Assembly: GCA_963813335.1 (NCBI GenBank)
Contig: CAWEYL010000001.1
Location: 640,001 to 704,000 of the forward strand
DNA length: 64,000 nucleotides
Reading direction: 5' to 3'
From: an uncultured Chloroflexia bacterium
GTDB lineage: Bacteria; Chloroflexota; Limnocylindria; Limnocylindrales; CSP1-4
The notes beneath the pieces are model-generated. The model was not told the DNA's origin. It was given only the letters and a program-made list of their open reading frames with translations, and ran no database searches. The translations under genes were made by a program, and so were the position numbers. Shown piece by piece: positions 41,458-51,713 of the stretch (positions are counted from its first letter, which is position 1; the number at the start of each line of letters is the position of its first letter).

Positions 41458-41931
41458 ATGCCGGGTGAGCCGCTCCTGCTCGAGATCGCCGCGCTTGCCG
41501 TCGTGGTCGCCGGGTTCACCGCCGTGACCGCCGTGCTGGTGCCGACGGGCGGATCGTGGCACCCGGCCATGCGGATCCGGCAGCGGGCCGTCGTCTCGAC
41601 GAGCTTCAACGTCATGTTCGAGGCACTCGCGCCGTCGATCGCGTTCGCCTGGCTGGGCGACGCGCATGCCGCGCTCGTCGTGGCCAGCGCTGGCGTGGCC
41701 GTGTATGCGACGGGGATCGTGATCTGGCGCGCACGCCAGTTCCTGCGAGCGGGTGGCCCCTGGACGCGAACGACGGTCGTGCTCTTCAGCCTCGGCCCGA
41801 TCGCGGTGCTGCTCTTCTGGGCGAACGCGCTCGTGTTCGCCTCGGTGGCCGTCTACGCGCTCGCGCTGTGCATCCAGCTCTCGGTCGCGGCGGTGAGCTT
41901 CTACTCGCTCGTCTCGGCCTCCCAGAGCTGA
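41458..41931 (+). CDS. Hypothetical integral membrane protein
   Basis: About 5 hydrophobic segments; TAGACT -10 seven nt before the ATG. Confidence 0.7.
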   Translation: MPGEPLLLEIAALAVVVAGFTAVTAVLVPTGGSWHPAMRIRQRAVVSTSFNVMFEALAPSIAFAWLGDAHAALVVASAGVAVYATGIVIWRARQFLRAGGPWTRTTVVLFSLGPIAVLLFWANALVFASVAVYALALCIQLSVAAVSFYSLVSASQS

Positions 41932-41978
41932 CCGTGCGCTGAACGCCTGACGACGCTCCCGGACCCGCCCGGGGAGCG

Positions 41979-41987
41979 TGCTATACT
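41979..41987 (+). promoter_or_regulatory. Extended -10 (TGcTATACT) for rplS
   Basis: Near-consensus motif, preceded by a hairpin (41953-41979). Confidence 0.6.
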
Positions 41988-42067
41988 CCGCGTCCGGTCG
42001 CTCCAGGCGACCATCCCGACGCCCATCCCCGCAGCCACGGCTGCCCACCAGACCAAGGAAGCGCCGC

Positions 42068-42415
42068 GTGAACGTGCTCGACGAGATCGTGAAGGACCAG
42101 CTCCGGTCCGACCTGCCCGAGCTTGCCTCGGGTGACACCGTCAAGGTGTCGGCCAAGGTCGTCGAGGGCAACCGCGAGCGCATCCAGGTCTTCGAAGGCA
42201 CCGTCATGCGCCTGCGCGGCGGCGGGATCACCCGCTCCATCACCGTCCGGCGCATCGCATCCGGCGTCGGTGTCGAGCGGACGTTCAAGATCCACAGCCC
42301 GCGCATCGAGAAGATCGAGGTGGTCCGCCACGGCGTCGCGCGCCGGGCACAGCTCTACTTCCTGCGCGACCGCGTCGGCAAGGCGGCCACCCTCCGCGAG
42401 CGCCGCCAGGGCTAG
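42068..42415 (+). CDS. rplS: 50S ribosomal protein L19
   Basis: [29 protein letters not shown]; AAGGAA SD, then GTG. Confidence 0.98.
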   Translation: MNVLDEIVKDQLRSDLPELASGDTVKVSAKVVEGNRERIQVFEGTVMRLRGGGITRSITVRRIASGVGVERTFKIHSPRIEKIEVVRHGVARRAQLYFLRDRVGKAATLRERRQG

Positions 42416-42444
42416 TCCGGGCCTGTTCGACCGCCAGACACCCA

Positions 42445-42476
42445 CGACCCCGCCGACCGGCGGGGTCGCTTCGTGT
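42445..42476 (+). terminator. Intrinsic terminator after rplS
   Basis: CGACCCCGCC-GACC-GGCGGGGTCG 10-bp stem followed by CTTCGTGT. Confidence 0.72.
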
Positions 42477-42499
42477 CCGGGGCGCTACGCTAGACCCCG

Positions 42500-43279
42500 A
42501 TGGCCGTGATCGTCCCCACCCTCCGCTACGAGCGCCGCTTCTGGAACGAGGGGCTCGTCCGGGTGGTCGGCGTCGACGAGGTCGGCGTCGCCCCGACCTG
42601 CGGCGCGGTGGTCGCGGCGGCCGTGATCATGCGCCCCGGCTGCCACCGCATCCCGGGCGTGCGCGACTCCAAGACCCTCTCGGCGGCCCAGCGCGAACGA
42701 CTCGCGCCGCTGATCCGGGATCGTGCCGTCGCGGTCGGCGTCGGAGCCGCGTCGGTCCGCGAGATCGACCAGCTCAACATCTACCACGCCACGCACCTCG
42801 CGATGCGCCGGGCGATCGCCCGGGTCGGCGGGCACGAGCACGTCCTCGTGGACGGCAACCGGATCGCCGGCTTCGAGGCGCAGGTCGGTCCTTACACCAA
42901 CATCGTCGACGGCGACGCGAAGGTCTACTCGATCGCCTGCGCGTCGGTCGTCGCCAAGGTCGTCCGCGACCGGATGATGGAGCGGCTCGCGTTGCGCTAT
43001 CCGGGCTATGGCTGGGAGCACAACCAGGGCTACGCGACGCGCGACCACCGCGACGCGATCCGGGCGATGGGCCTCACGCCGTTCCACCGGCGCTCGTTCC
43101 TCGCCCTCCAGCGGACGCTCGCCGGCGATCAGCTCGAGCTCGACCTGCTCGCGGACCCGGCCGCGTCGCCCGAGACCCACGACCTGCTGGAGCGCGAGCT
43201 GGTCCCGGTCATGGCCGACGACGCGGCGCTCGACGCCCTCGACCTCGCCGTCCTCGAGCGTTCGCCCGCGGGAGCCTGA
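42500..43279 (+). CDS. rnhB: Ribonuclease HII with atypical DEVGVA motif
   Basis: GVDEVG, DSK, VDG, DGDA..SIACASVVAKV.RD, GY, HRRSF. Confidence 0.93.
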   Translation: MAVIVPTLRYERRFWNEGLVRVVGVDEVGVAPTCGAVVAAAVIMRPGCHRIPGVRDSKTLSAAQRERLAPLIRDRAVAVGVGAASVREIDQLNIYHATHLAMRRAIARVGGHEHVLVDGNRIAGFEAQVGPYTNIVDGDAKVYSIACASVVAKVVRDRMMERLALRYPGYGWEHNQGYATRDHRDAIRAMGLTPFHRRSFLALQRTLAGDQLELDLLADPAASPETHDLLERELVPVMADDAALDALDLAVLERSPAGA

Positions 43280-43285
43280 GCCGGG

Positions 43286-43708
43286 TCAGAACGCCGCGCG
43301 GTGATGGCGGATCCGCGGGCCGGCCGTGCCGCTCCCGGGTTCCACGACCACCAGGTCGAAGCGCAGCGGGAGACGGGGGAGCGATGCCCCGTCGGCGAGC
43401 TCGCCCCGCTCGAGCAGCCCGTACGCGGCCGCCCGGACGCGCCGCCGCTTGCGATGGTCGACGGTCTCCTCGGGCAGGCCGAAGTCCCGGCTGACGCGCC
43501 AGCGGACCTCGACGATCACGAGGGCTGACGGCGGTCCCGGGTCGATCGCGACCAGGTCGATCTCGTGTCGTCCGACGTGGACGTTGCGGGCCAGGATGGT
43601 CCAGCCAGCCGAGGTCAGCCGCGCTGCGACGAGTCCTTCGGCCGCGTCGCCGGCGCGCTGCGCCGGCGTCCGACGAGGGTCGCCCGGAGGACCGTCCATC
43701 GGTCGCAT
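43286..43708 (-). CDS. yraN: YraN family (UPF0102) PD-(D/E)xK protein
   Basis: GDAAE..ILARN..EIDLVA..VEVR..RFD. Confidence 0.88.
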   Translation of the reverse strand: MRPMDGPPGDPRRTPAQRAGDAAEGLVAARLTSAGWTILARNVHVGRHEIDLVAIDPGPPSALVIVEVRWRVSRDFGLPEETVDHRKRRRVRAAAYGLLERGELADGASLPRLPLRFDLVVVEPGSGTAGPRIRHHRAAF

Positions 43709-43737
43709 CCTGACGAGCGCCCCTTATCCGACGCGTA

Positions 43738-44388
43738 TCAGGCCATCGCGGGCGACCCCTCAGCATCCTCCCGCCACGCGGTCAGACCGAGCGCGACGAA
43801 TCCGCCGAAGAGCAAGAGCCCGCCCGCGAGCGCGATGAGCGCCCCGACGGTGCTCGTGAGGTGGTCATCGGGCGACACCCCGGCGATGAGCGCGCCGACC
43901 GGGAAGCCGAGCATCCCGGCCAGCACCAGCGAACCGATCGACCGCGGACCTCCCGGTCGTCGCACGAGGGACAGCGCGGTCAGTAGCAGGCCAACGAGCG
44001 TCCCGATCGCGCCGATCAGGAGCCCGAAGATGATCGGCAGGCTCTGGGCGGTGTTCGTGCCCTCGGGGATGGGCAGGTTCGTGGCGAAGACATACGAGGC
44101 GAGGCCAAGCCCGAGGGTCGCCAGACCCACCCGGACCCCGCGGCGCTCGGCCGGAGGCGCGCCGGCGATGGCCAGCAGGATCGTGCCGATCCCGAGGACG
44201 GCGAGCGTGGCCGGCCCGATCAGGTGCTCCACACCCGTTGCGCCGCCGGACTGTCGGTCGCAGCCGGACCACTGCCAGCAGGCCTCCGCCCAGCGGACCT
44301 GGCCACCGAAGGCGGCGATGGCGACGGCCAGGATCCCGAGCAGGCCGCCGACGGCAACGAGTGCTCCACCGACGCGGCCGATCGACAT
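43738..44388 (-). CDS. Hypothetical integral membrane protein
   Basis: About 6 TM segments, GGAG SD, no recognised motif. Confidence 0.65.
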   Translation of the reverse strand: MSIGRVGGALVAVGGLLGILAVAIAAFGGQVRWAEACWQWSGCDRQSGGATGVEHLIGPATLAVLGIGTILLAIAGAPPAERRGVRVGLATLGLGLASYVFATNLPIPEGTNTAQSLPIIFGLLIGAIGTLVGLLLTALSLVRRPGGPRSIGSLVLAGMLGFPVGALIAGVSPDDHLTSTVGALIALAGGLLLFGGFVALGLTAWREDAEGSPAMA

Positions 44389-44468
44389 GCGAGATCTCCA
44401 GGGACGGGGCGGTCGATGCTACCCCCGACGCGTCGCGGGCCCGTTCGTTACGACGGATCGCGACCTCG

Positions 44469-44477
44469 TGCTACACT
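44469..44477 (+). promoter_or_regulatory. Extended -10 (TGcTACACT) for rpsB-tsf
   Basis: TG-extended -10 about 165 nt upstream of rpsB. Confidence 0.6.
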
Positions 44478-44524
44478 CCGCCGGCTTCGACGGTCGAAGC
44501 ATGCCTGCACCACGACGGTGCGGA

Positions 44525-44625
44525 GCCCACACGCGGACCATTCCGACCGGGATGGTGCCGGCATCCGAGCCCGATGCGGCGAGGACCGGTTCCCGGCGAC
44601 GAGATCCGCGGAGGAACGAACCGAA
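44525..44625 (+). promoter_or_regulatory. S2 (rpsB) autoregulatory leader RNA
   Basis: CACACGCGGA...GGTGCC-hairpin...TCCGCGGAGG..AACC matches the conserved S2-leader layout. Confidence 0.65.
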
Positions 44626-44641
44626 CAGGAGGTCGCTCACC

Positions 44642-45625
44642 GTGCCGTCCGTTTCGATGCGGCAGCTGCTCGAGGCCGGAGTCCACTTCGGTCATCAGAC
44701 CCGCCGCTGGAACCCCAAGATGCGCCCGTTCATCTTCGCGGAGCGCAACGGGATCCACATCATCGACCTGGCCCAGACCGTGCAGCGGCTGGACGTCGCC
44801 CTGGAGGCCGTCCGCGAGACCGTCGCCCGCGGCGAGCTGGTCCTCTTCGTCGGGACCAAGAAGCAGGCCCAGGAGCCGATCGCCCAGGAGGCGACGCGCG
44901 CCGGGATGCCCTACGTCAACAAGCGCTGGCTCGGCGGCATGCTGACCAACTTCGTGACGATCAAGAAGCGCATGGGCCTCCTCGAGCAGCTCGAGGCCCG
45001 CCAGGCGGCCGGTGACTTCGAGCGGATGACCAAGAAGGAAGCCGCGAAGCTGACCGAGGAGATGACCAAGCTCCAGGGCACGCTCGGCGGCATGCGCAAG
45101 ATGAAGCGAGCGCCGGGTGCGATCTTCATCGTCGACCCGCATCGTGAGCGGATCGCCGTGACCGAGGCCAACAAGCTCGAGATCCCGGTCATCGGCACGG
45201 GCGACACCAACGTCGACCCCGACGAGCTCGACTACATCATCCCGGCCAATGACGACGCGATCCGCGCGATCCGCCTCCTGTGCGCGCTCGTCGCGGACGC
45301 CGCGATCGAGGGTGCCCGTGAGCGCACGGCGCGCGCCGCGAGCGAGCCCGAGGCCGTCGAGGCCGTGGCGATGCCCGAGGCCGAGGACGAGGAGTCCGGC
45401 GCGTCCGACGAACTCGTGGCGGCCCTCGCCGGCGGTGCGGCGCTCACCTTCGAGCCGGACATCGACGAGGACGAGGACCTGCTGCCGGGCGACCGGGCGG
45501 CCCGCGTGCCCGAGGTCGCGGTCGAAGCCCCTGCGGAGGCCTCCCCGGAGGACATCGCGGCCGAGCTCGCCCGCGAGGCGGCCGAGAAGGCCGACGACGA
45601 GAACGCGGGCGGCGTCCCCGCCTGA
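44642..45625 (+). CDS. rpsB: 30S ribosomal protein S2 with acidic C-terminal extension
   Basis: [37 protein letters not shown]; AGGAGG SD. Confidence 0.98.
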   Translation: MPSVSMRQLLEAGVHFGHQTRRWNPKMRPFIFAERNGIHIIDLAQTVQRLDVALEAVRETVARGELVLFVGTKKQAQEPIAQEATRAGMPYVNKRWLGGMLTNFVTIKKRMGLLEQLEARQAAGDFERMTKKEAAKLTEEMTKLQGTLGGMRKMKRAPGAIFIVDPHRERIAVTEANKLEIPVIGTGDTNVDPDELDYIIPANDDAIRAIRLLCALVADAAIEGARERTARAASEPEAVEAVAMPEAEDEESGASDELVAALAGGAALTFEPDIDEDEDLLPGDRAARVPEVAVEAPAEASPEDIAAELAREAAEKADDENAGGVPA

Positions 45626-45726
45626 TGCCCGAGCGGGCCGGGTCACCCACCCGGTCCCGATCGATCGACGATCAACCACGCGGCGTGCGGCGACGCATGC
45701 CGACACCACAGGAGCGATAGACACCG

Positions 45727-46326
45727 ATGGCGGACATCTCGGCCGAGCTGGTCAAGGAACTGCGCGAGCGGACCGGGGCCGGGTTCATGGACTGCAAGAA
45801 GGCCCTCGCCGAATCCGGCGGGGACCTCGAGAAGGCGACCGCCCTGCTGCGCGAGCGCGGCGTCGCCCAGGCGGCCAAGAAGGCCGGCCGCGACGCCCGC
45901 GAGGGCCTGATCGGCAGCTACATCCACACGGGCGGCCGGTTCGGCGCGCTCGTCGAGGTCAACTGCGAGACCGACTTCGTCGCCCGCAACGAGCAGTTCC
46001 AGCAGCTCGTCAAGGACCTGGCCATCCAGGTCGTGGCCCTGCGCCCCGACTACCCGACGATCGAGGCCATCCCGGCCGACGTGCTCGCCGCGAAGAAGGC
46101 CGAGCTGCTCGCCGATGAGTCGGTCCAGAAGAAGCCCGAGAATATCCGCGAGCAGATCGTCGACGGCCAGCTCCGGAAGTGGTATCAGCAGGTCGTGCTG
46201 ACCGAGCAGCCCTTCCGCGACACGGACCAGACGGTCGGCCAGCTGATCACGGGCGCCATCGCGACCATCGGGGAGAACATCCGCGTGCGGCGCTTCGTGC
46301 GGTTCGAGGTCGGGGAGGAACTGTGA
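45727..46326 (+). CDS. tsf: Elongation factor Ts (short, ~200-aa form)
   Basis: [37 protein letters not shown]. Confidence 0.98.
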   Translation: MADISAELVKELRERTGAGFMDCKKALAESGGDLEKATALLRERGVAQAAKKAGRDAREGLIGSYIHTGGRFGALVEVNCETDFVARNEQFQQLVKDLAIQVVALRPDYPTIEAIPADVLAAKKAELLADESVQKKPENIREQIVDGQLRKWYQQVVLTEQPFRDTDQTVGQLITGAIATIGENIRVRRFVRFEVGEEL

Positions 46327-47117
46327 CCGACGACGCGACGACCGCCAGGCCCGGAGCGTCCGGCTCGCCGCTGCGCTACCGCCGCATCCTGCTCAAGCTC
46401 TCCGGCGAGGCGCTGCTCGGCGACCGCGCGTATGGCGTCGACCCCGCCGTCTGCGCGTTCATCGCCCGCCAGGTGGCGGTCATCCACGGCCTCGGCGTCC
46501 AGATCGGCATCGTCGTCGGCGGCGGCAACATCTTCCGCGGGCTGGCAGCCTCCGCGCGGGGGATGGACCGGGCCACCGGCGACTACATCGGCATGCTGGC
46601 GACGGTCATGAACGGCCTGGCCCTGCAGGATGCCCTCGAGCGCGCCGGCGTCCCGACGCGGGTCATGACGGCCATCGCGATGAACGAGATCGCCGAGCCC
46701 TACATCCGCCGCCGGGCCATCCGCCACCTCGAGAAGGGCCGCGTGACGGTGTTCGTCGCGGGGACCGGCAATCCGTACTTCACGACCGATACCGCCGCCG
46801 CCCTGCGTGCGGTCGAGATCAACGCCGAGGTGCTCCTCAAGGCGACCAAGGTCGACGGCGTCTACGACAAGGACCCGGTCACCAACCCCGATGCGCAGCG
46901 CTACGCGACGCTCGGCTACGCGGACCTGCTGCGCGACCAGCTCAAGGTGCTCGACGCGACCGCGGTGAGCCTGTGCATGGAGAACGACCTGCCCATCGTC
47001 GTGTTCGACCTCAACCAGCCCGACAACATCACGCGAGTGGCTGCCGGGGAGTCCGTCGGGACGCTCATCTCGGGCGCGACGGCCGCCTCGGGGACCGCCG
47101 GAGGTGCCAGCGCATGA
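46323..47117 (+). CDS. pyrH: UMP kinase
   Basis: [24 protein letters not shown]. Confidence 0.98.
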   Translation: MTDDATTARPGASGSPLRYRRILLKLSGEALLGDRAYGVDPAVCAFIARQVAVIHGLGVQIGIVVGGGNIFRGLAASARGMDRATGDYIGMLATVMNGLALQDALERAGVPTRVMTAIAMNEIAEPYIRRRAIRHLEKGRVTVFVAGTGNPYFTTDTAAALRAVEINAEVLLKATKVDGVYDKDPVTNPDAQRYATLGYADLLRDQLKVLDATAVSLCMENDLPIVVFDLNQPDNITRVAAGESVGTLISGATAASGTAGGASA

Positions 47118-47671
47118 CCGCCCAGATCATCGCCGACGCCGACCAGAAGATGGCCCGTGCCATCGAGGCCATGGAGCGCGACTTCCAGGGGATCCGGACC
47201 GGCCGCGCCTCGACCGCGCTCGTCGAGCGGATCCACGTCGAGTACTACGGCACGTCGACGCCGCTCAACCAGCTCGCCGGGATCAGCGTCCCCGAGCAGC
47301 ACCAGATCGTGATCCAGCCCTGGGACCGCGGCGTCCTCGGGGCGATCGAGAAGGCCATCACCAAGAGCGACCTCGGCCTGATGCCGAACGTCGATGGGAC
47401 CGTGGTCCGCCTCAATATCCCGCCGCTGACCGAGGACCGTCGCAAGGACCTCGTGCGGGTCGTCCACAAACGGATGGAAGAGGCCCGGGTCGAGGTCCGC
47501 AACACCCGGCGGGACGCCGCGGACCTGCTCAAGAAAGAGGAGCGCGACGGCACGGCCGGGGCCGACGAGGTCCACCGCCAGCTGGAGTCGCTCCAGAAGA
47601 CGACCGACCGGCACATCGCCGAGGTCGATCGCCTGGGTCTCGCGAAGGAACAGGAGATCCTGGAGGTCTAG
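47114..47671 (+). CDS. frr: Ribosome recycling factor
   Basis: [18 protein letters not shown]. Confidence 0.98.
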   Translation: MTAQIIADADQKMARAIEAMERDFQGIRTGRASTALVERIHVEYYGTSTPLNQLAGISVPEQHQIVIQPWDRGVLGAIEKAITKSDLGLMPNVDGTVVRLNIPPLTEDRRKDLVRVVHKRMEEARVEVRNTRRDAADLLKKEERDGTAGADEVHRQLESLQKTTDRHIAEVDRLGLAKEQEILEV

Positions 47672-48459
47672 TGGCTCGCGCACACCTCGACCCGCACGTC
47701 GCCGACCGGCCCACCGTGGCCGCGCGCGGCGCGTCCGAGGCGGATGCCGGCGCCGACGGGTTCGATATCGCCGAGGCCGACCTGCCGCGCCACGTCGCGA
47801 TCATCATGGACGGCAACCGGCGCTGGGCCCGTGAGGCCGGCAAGGACGAGGCCGAGGGCCACGCCGCCGGTGTCGAGGCCATCCGGCCGATCGTCCGCCA
47901 CGCGGTCCGGCGGCGGATCCGCGCCCTCTCGCTCTTCGCGTTCAGCAGCGAGAACTGGTCGCGCTCGCCCGAGGAGGTCGGCGTGCTCCTGGGTCTGCTC
48001 GAGATGGCCATCCGCGACGAGACCCCGGAGCTGCGCGAGCAGGGCGTCCAGATCCGCCTGCTCGGCCGGATGGACGAGCTCCCGACAGCCACCCGGGAGT
48101 CGATCGAATTGGCGCTCGCCGAGACCGCGGACGGCGACCAGCTGATGCTCAACGTCGCGTTCAACTACTCCGGCCGTCACGAGATCGTGGATGCCGCCCG
48201 ACGCTGCGTGACCGACGGGCTGACCGCCGACGAGATCGACGAGGAGGCCATCGATTCGCGGCTCTATACCACCGGCCTGCCGCCGCTCGACTTGCTCATC
48301 CGGACCGGGCGAGAGCACCGCATCAGCAACTTCCTGATCTGGCAGGCGCAGTACGCGGAGCTCTACTTCACGGACCTGCTCTGGCCGGATTTCGGGCCGG
48401 CCGCCCTGGACGCCGCGCTCGTCGAGTTCGCCACGCGCCACCGCCGGTTCGGGCGCTAG
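47671..48459 (+). CDS. uppS: Polyprenyl (undecaprenyl) diphosphate synthase
   Basis: HVAIIMDGNRRWA, FSSENW, RISNFLIWQ, RRFG. Confidence 0.96.
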   Translation: MARAHLDPHVADRPTVAARGASEADAGADGFDIAEADLPRHVAIIMDGNRRWAREAGKDEAEGHAAGVEAIRPIVRHAVRRRIRALSLFAFSSENWSRSPEEVGVLLGLLEMAIRDETPELREQGVQIRLLGRMDELPTATRESIELALAETADGDQLMLNVAFNYSGRHEIVDAARRCVTDGLTADEIDEEAIDSRLYTTGLPPLDLLIRTGREHRISNFLIWQAQYAELYFTDLLWPDFGPAALDAALVEFATRHRRFGR

Positions 48460-48479
48460 GGACGCGGGCGGGACAGCCG

Positions 48480-49307
48480 ATGCGTCAGCGCGCGATCACG
48501 GCCGCCATCCTCGTCCCCGTCCTGCTCGTGGTCCTCGCGATCGGCGGGCCGCTGCTCGCCGCCGGCGTCGCGGTCGTCACCGCCCTGGCCGCGCTGGAGG
48601 TCTTCCGCCTCCTGCGCAGCGCGGGCTACCCGACCTTCGCCCTGCTCGGGACGGCGCTGGCGCTCGTCGTCGTCCTCGAAGCCGCGTTCCCGACCATCCT
48701 CGATGGGAGCGGGCTCCTCTTCGTCGCGGTCGGGATCGTTCTCGTAGCGGTCGCCGCCTTCAGCCGCACCGATCCCCGTGAGGGGCTCTCGACGTGGATG
48801 GCGACCGTCTACGGCGCGCTCTACGTCTCGCTGCTCTCGTTCGTGCTGCGGCTCGGCGATGCCGTCCCGGCCCTGCCCGGCAGCTCGCCGATCGCCGGTC
48901 TCGGCCCGGAGCGGGCGTGGATCCTGCTGCTGATCCTGTCGGTCTGGGCCTACGACACCGGCGCCTACCTCGTCGGCAAGCGGTTCGGGCGGGCCAAGTT
49001 CCTGACCCACATCTCGCCGTCGAAGACCTATGCCGGGCTCGTCGGCGGCATCGTCGCCACGACCGTCGTCGTCGCCCTCGGCCTGTGGGCGGTCGGCGTG
49101 ACCCCGCTCCACGCTCTCGTGCTCGGGCCGCTGACCGCGCTGTCCGCGCAGGCCGGCGACCTCGCCGAATCCGTGCTCAAGCGCGCCGCCGGGGCCAAGG
49201 ACTCCGGGACGCTCATCCCGGGGCACGGCGGGATGCTCGACCGCGTCGACTCGTTCCTCTTCGCGGCGCCCGTCGTCACCCTCTATGTCGTCGCCTTCAT
49301 CGCCTGA
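48480..49307 (+). CDS. cdsA: Phosphatidate cytidylyltransferase
   Basis: SPSKT, GDLAESVLKR..KDSG..PGHGGMLDRVDS. Confidence 0.96.
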   Translation: MRQRAITAAILVPVLLVVLAIGGPLLAAGVAVVTALAALEVFRLLRSAGYPTFALLGTALALVVVLEAAFPTILDGSGLLFVAVGIVLVAVAAFSRTDPREGLSTWMATVYGALYVSLLSFVLRLGDAVPALPGSSPIAGLGPERAWILLLILSVWAYDTGAYLVGKRFGRAKFLTHISPSKTYAGLVGGIVATTVVVALGLWAVGVTPLHALVLGPLTALSAQAGDLAESVLKRAAGAKDSGTLIPGHGGMLDRVDSFLFAAPVVTLYVVAFIA

Positions 49308-50535
49308 TCGCGGGGCCGACCCGCAGGCGCCCCTTCGCGTCGCCCTCATCGGCTCGACCGGCTCGATCGGCCGGCAGACGGTCGACGTCCTCGCCGGGCA
49401 CCCTGAGGCGTTCGAGGTGGTCGCCCTGGCGGCCGGGACGGACGCCGCGACGCTCGCCGAGCAGGCCGCACGGCTGCAGCCGCGGGCGGTGACCCTGGCC
49501 GACCACGCGGCCCTGGCCGCCATGGACCTGCCCGGCGGCACCGAGCGCGTGGCGGGCGAGGATGCCCTCGAGATGCTCGCGGTCCGCGACGACGTGGACA
49601 TGGTCGTCGTGGGGACGAGCGGGGTCGTGAGCCTGCGGCCGGTCCTCGCCGCGCTGCACGCCCGCAAGGTGGTCGCGACGGCGAACAAGGAGACGCTCGT
49701 GGCGGGCGGCCACCTCGTGATGCCGCTGGCCCGGGCCCACGCGACGGCCGTCGCGGCGATGGCGCCGCTCGACCCGTTCGCGAGCCCGCTGGCCTGGCTG
49801 CGGCCGATCGATTCCGAGCACTCCGCGATCTGGCAGAGCCTCGTCGGCGAATCGATGGCCGACGTGGCTGCGCTGATCCTCACCGCCTCGGGCGGGCCGT
49901 TCCTCGACGCGAGCGTCGAGACGCTCGCGGCGGTCACGCCGCAACAGGCCCTCCGACACCCGACGTGGGCGATGGGCGCCAAGATCACGATCGACTCGGC
50001 GACGCTCGCGAACAAGGGCCTGGAGGTCATCGAGGCACACTGGCTGTACGATGTCGGCTACGACGCCATCGAGGTCGTCATCCACCCGCAGAGCGTCGTC
50101 CACTCCGCCGTGCGGTTCCGCGACGGCTCCCTGAAGGCCCAGCTGGGTACCCCTGACATGCGACTCCCCATCCAGTACGCGCTGACGTACCCGCGCCGCC
50201 TGCCGTCGCCGGCGGCGGCCCCGGACCTCCCGGCCATCGGTCGGCTCGAGTTCCGCGCCCCCGACGAGGACCGGTTCCCGGCACTCCGCATCGCCCGCGA
50301 GGCGGGACGCCGCGGACCGCGCGCCTCTGCCGCGCTCATCGCGGCGGACGAGGTCGCCGTCTCGAGGTTCCTCGACGGCACCCTGTCGTTCACGGGCATC
50401 CCGGCGTTACTCGAGGCCGCGGTGTCGCGCTTCGGCGACGACGGCGATGCCGAGCCTGATGTCGAGGCCCTCGTCGAGCTCGATCTCGCCGTCCGGGCGG
50501 CCTTCGCGAGCGGCCCGGTGGGAGCCGGCGCATGA
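49285..50535 (+). CDS. dxr: 1-deoxy-D-xylulose-5-phosphate reductoisomerase
   Basis: GSTGSIG, ANKE, PIDSEHSA, TASGGPF, HPTWAMG.KITIDSAT. Confidence 0.97.
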   Translation: MSSPSSPDRGADPQAPLRVALIGSTGSIGRQTVDVLAGHPEAFEVVALAAGTDAATLAEQAARLQPRAVTLADHAALAAMDLPGGTERVAGEDALEMLAVRDDVDMVVVGTSGVVSLRPVLAALHARKVVATANKETLVAGGHLVMPLARAHATAVAAMAPLDPFASPLAWLRPIDSEHSAIWQSLVGESMADVAALILTASGGPFLDASVETLAAVTPQQALRHPTWAMGAKITIDSATLANKGLEVIEAHWLYDVGYDAIEVVIHPQSVVHSAVRFRDGSLKAQLGTPDMRLPIQYALTYPRRLPSPAAAPDLPAIGRLEFRAPDEDRFPALRIAREAGRRGPRASAALIAADEVAVSRFLDGTLSFTGIPALLEAAVSRFGDDGDAEPDVEALVELDLAVRAAFASGPVGAGA

Positions 50536-51632
50536 CCGGGTTCGTCCAGTCGGTCATCACGATCGTCCTGTTCGTCCTCATCCTCGGGGTGCTCGTGGTC
50601 ATCCATGAGCTCGGCCACTTCGTGACCGCGCGCCTCGCCAACGTGCGCGTCCTGGAGTTCGGGATCGGCTTCCCGCCGCGGGCCAGGGTCCTGCGCTCGA
50701 AGGGGGAGACCCTCTACACGCTCAACTACCTGCCGCTGGGCGGGTTCGTCAAGCTCGACGGCGAGGACGGCGACGCCGTCACCGACCCGCGCTCGTTCTC
50801 CTCGAAGTCGTTGCCGGTCCGGCTCTGGATCCTGGTCGCGGGCGTGCTGATGAACGTGCTGCTGGCCTTCGTCATCTTCACGGCGCTGGCTTTCCACGGC
50901 GATCCCACCTTCGGTCTCCAGGTCGGCACGGTCCAGCCGGACTCGCCCGCGCAGGCAGCCGGCGTCCAGAGCGGCGACGTGGTCGTCTCGGTCAACGGGG
51001 CGCCGTTCGGCGCGTTCGACACGGCCGGCCCGAGCGAATCGCTCGCGGCGCACGCGGGCGAGACGGTGGCCGTCGGGTTCGAGCGGCCGGGCGCCGCGGA
51101 CTTCACGCTCGACGTCACCCTGCGCACCCCGGCGGAGATCGTCGCCCACCCGGGCGCCCTCGGCGTCAGCGACTCGAAGGTGGTCCTGACCGAGAACGTG
51201 ATCTCCTACACGCCCGTCGAGGCCATCCAGGTCGGCGCCCAGCGGACGGTCGCCGCGCTCGGCCTGATCATCGGTGGGCTCGGCGCGCTGGTCCACTCGG
51301 TCGCGACGAACCCCACCGGAGCGCCGCCCGTCTCCGGTCCCGTCGGGATCGCCACGCAGATCGGTGACGTCTTCTGGCAGCTCGGCCCGCTCTTCACGCT
51401 CTATGTCGCCGCCGTGCTGTCCGCGAATCTCGCGGTCGTCAACGTGCTGCCGTTCCCGCCGCTCGATGGCGGCCGGATGCTCATGATCACGCTCAAGCGC
51501 TTCTTCGGCGCACGGATCAGCCTCCGCGCCGAGCAGATGACCTACGTCGTCGGGTTCGTGTTCCTGTTCGGGTTCATCATCTGGGTCACCGGGTTCGACA
51601 TCGCCAGGATCGTGACCGGCGGCCGGACATGA
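50532..51632 (+). CDS. rseP: M50 intramembrane metalloprotease with PDZ domain (RseP/RasP)
   Basis: HELGH, PDZ, NVLPFPPLDGG. Confidence 0.94.
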   Translation: MTGFVQSVITIVLFVLILGVLVVIHELGHFVTARLANVRVLEFGIGFPPRARVLRSKGETLYTLNYLPLGGFVKLDGEDGDAVTDPRSFSSKSLPVRLWILVAGVLMNVLLAFVIFTALAFHGDPTFGLQVGTVQPDSPAQAAGVQSGDVVVSVNGAPFGAFDTAGPSESLAAHAGETVAVGFERPGAADFTLDVTLRTPAEIVAHPGALGVSDSKVVLTENVISYTPVEAIQVGAQRTVAALGLIIGGLGALVHSVATNPTGAPPVSGPVGIATQIGDVFWQLGPLFTLYVAAVLSANLAVVNVLPFPPLDGGRMLMITLKRFFGARISLRAEQMTYVVGFVFLFGFIIWVTGFDIARIVTGGRT

Positions 51633-51713
51633 CCTCGCCCGACCAGCTGCGTCCTCGGCGCCAATCCTCCGACCGATGCGCTCCACCGAGCGCGCTCGGA
51701 CGTCGGAGCGGCC

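Noticed and set aside
43286-44388. YraN nuclease plus membrane protein as a defence or toxin module
   Set aside because: yraN is routinely found beside rnhB. Its inverted orientation alone is not evidence of a new system.
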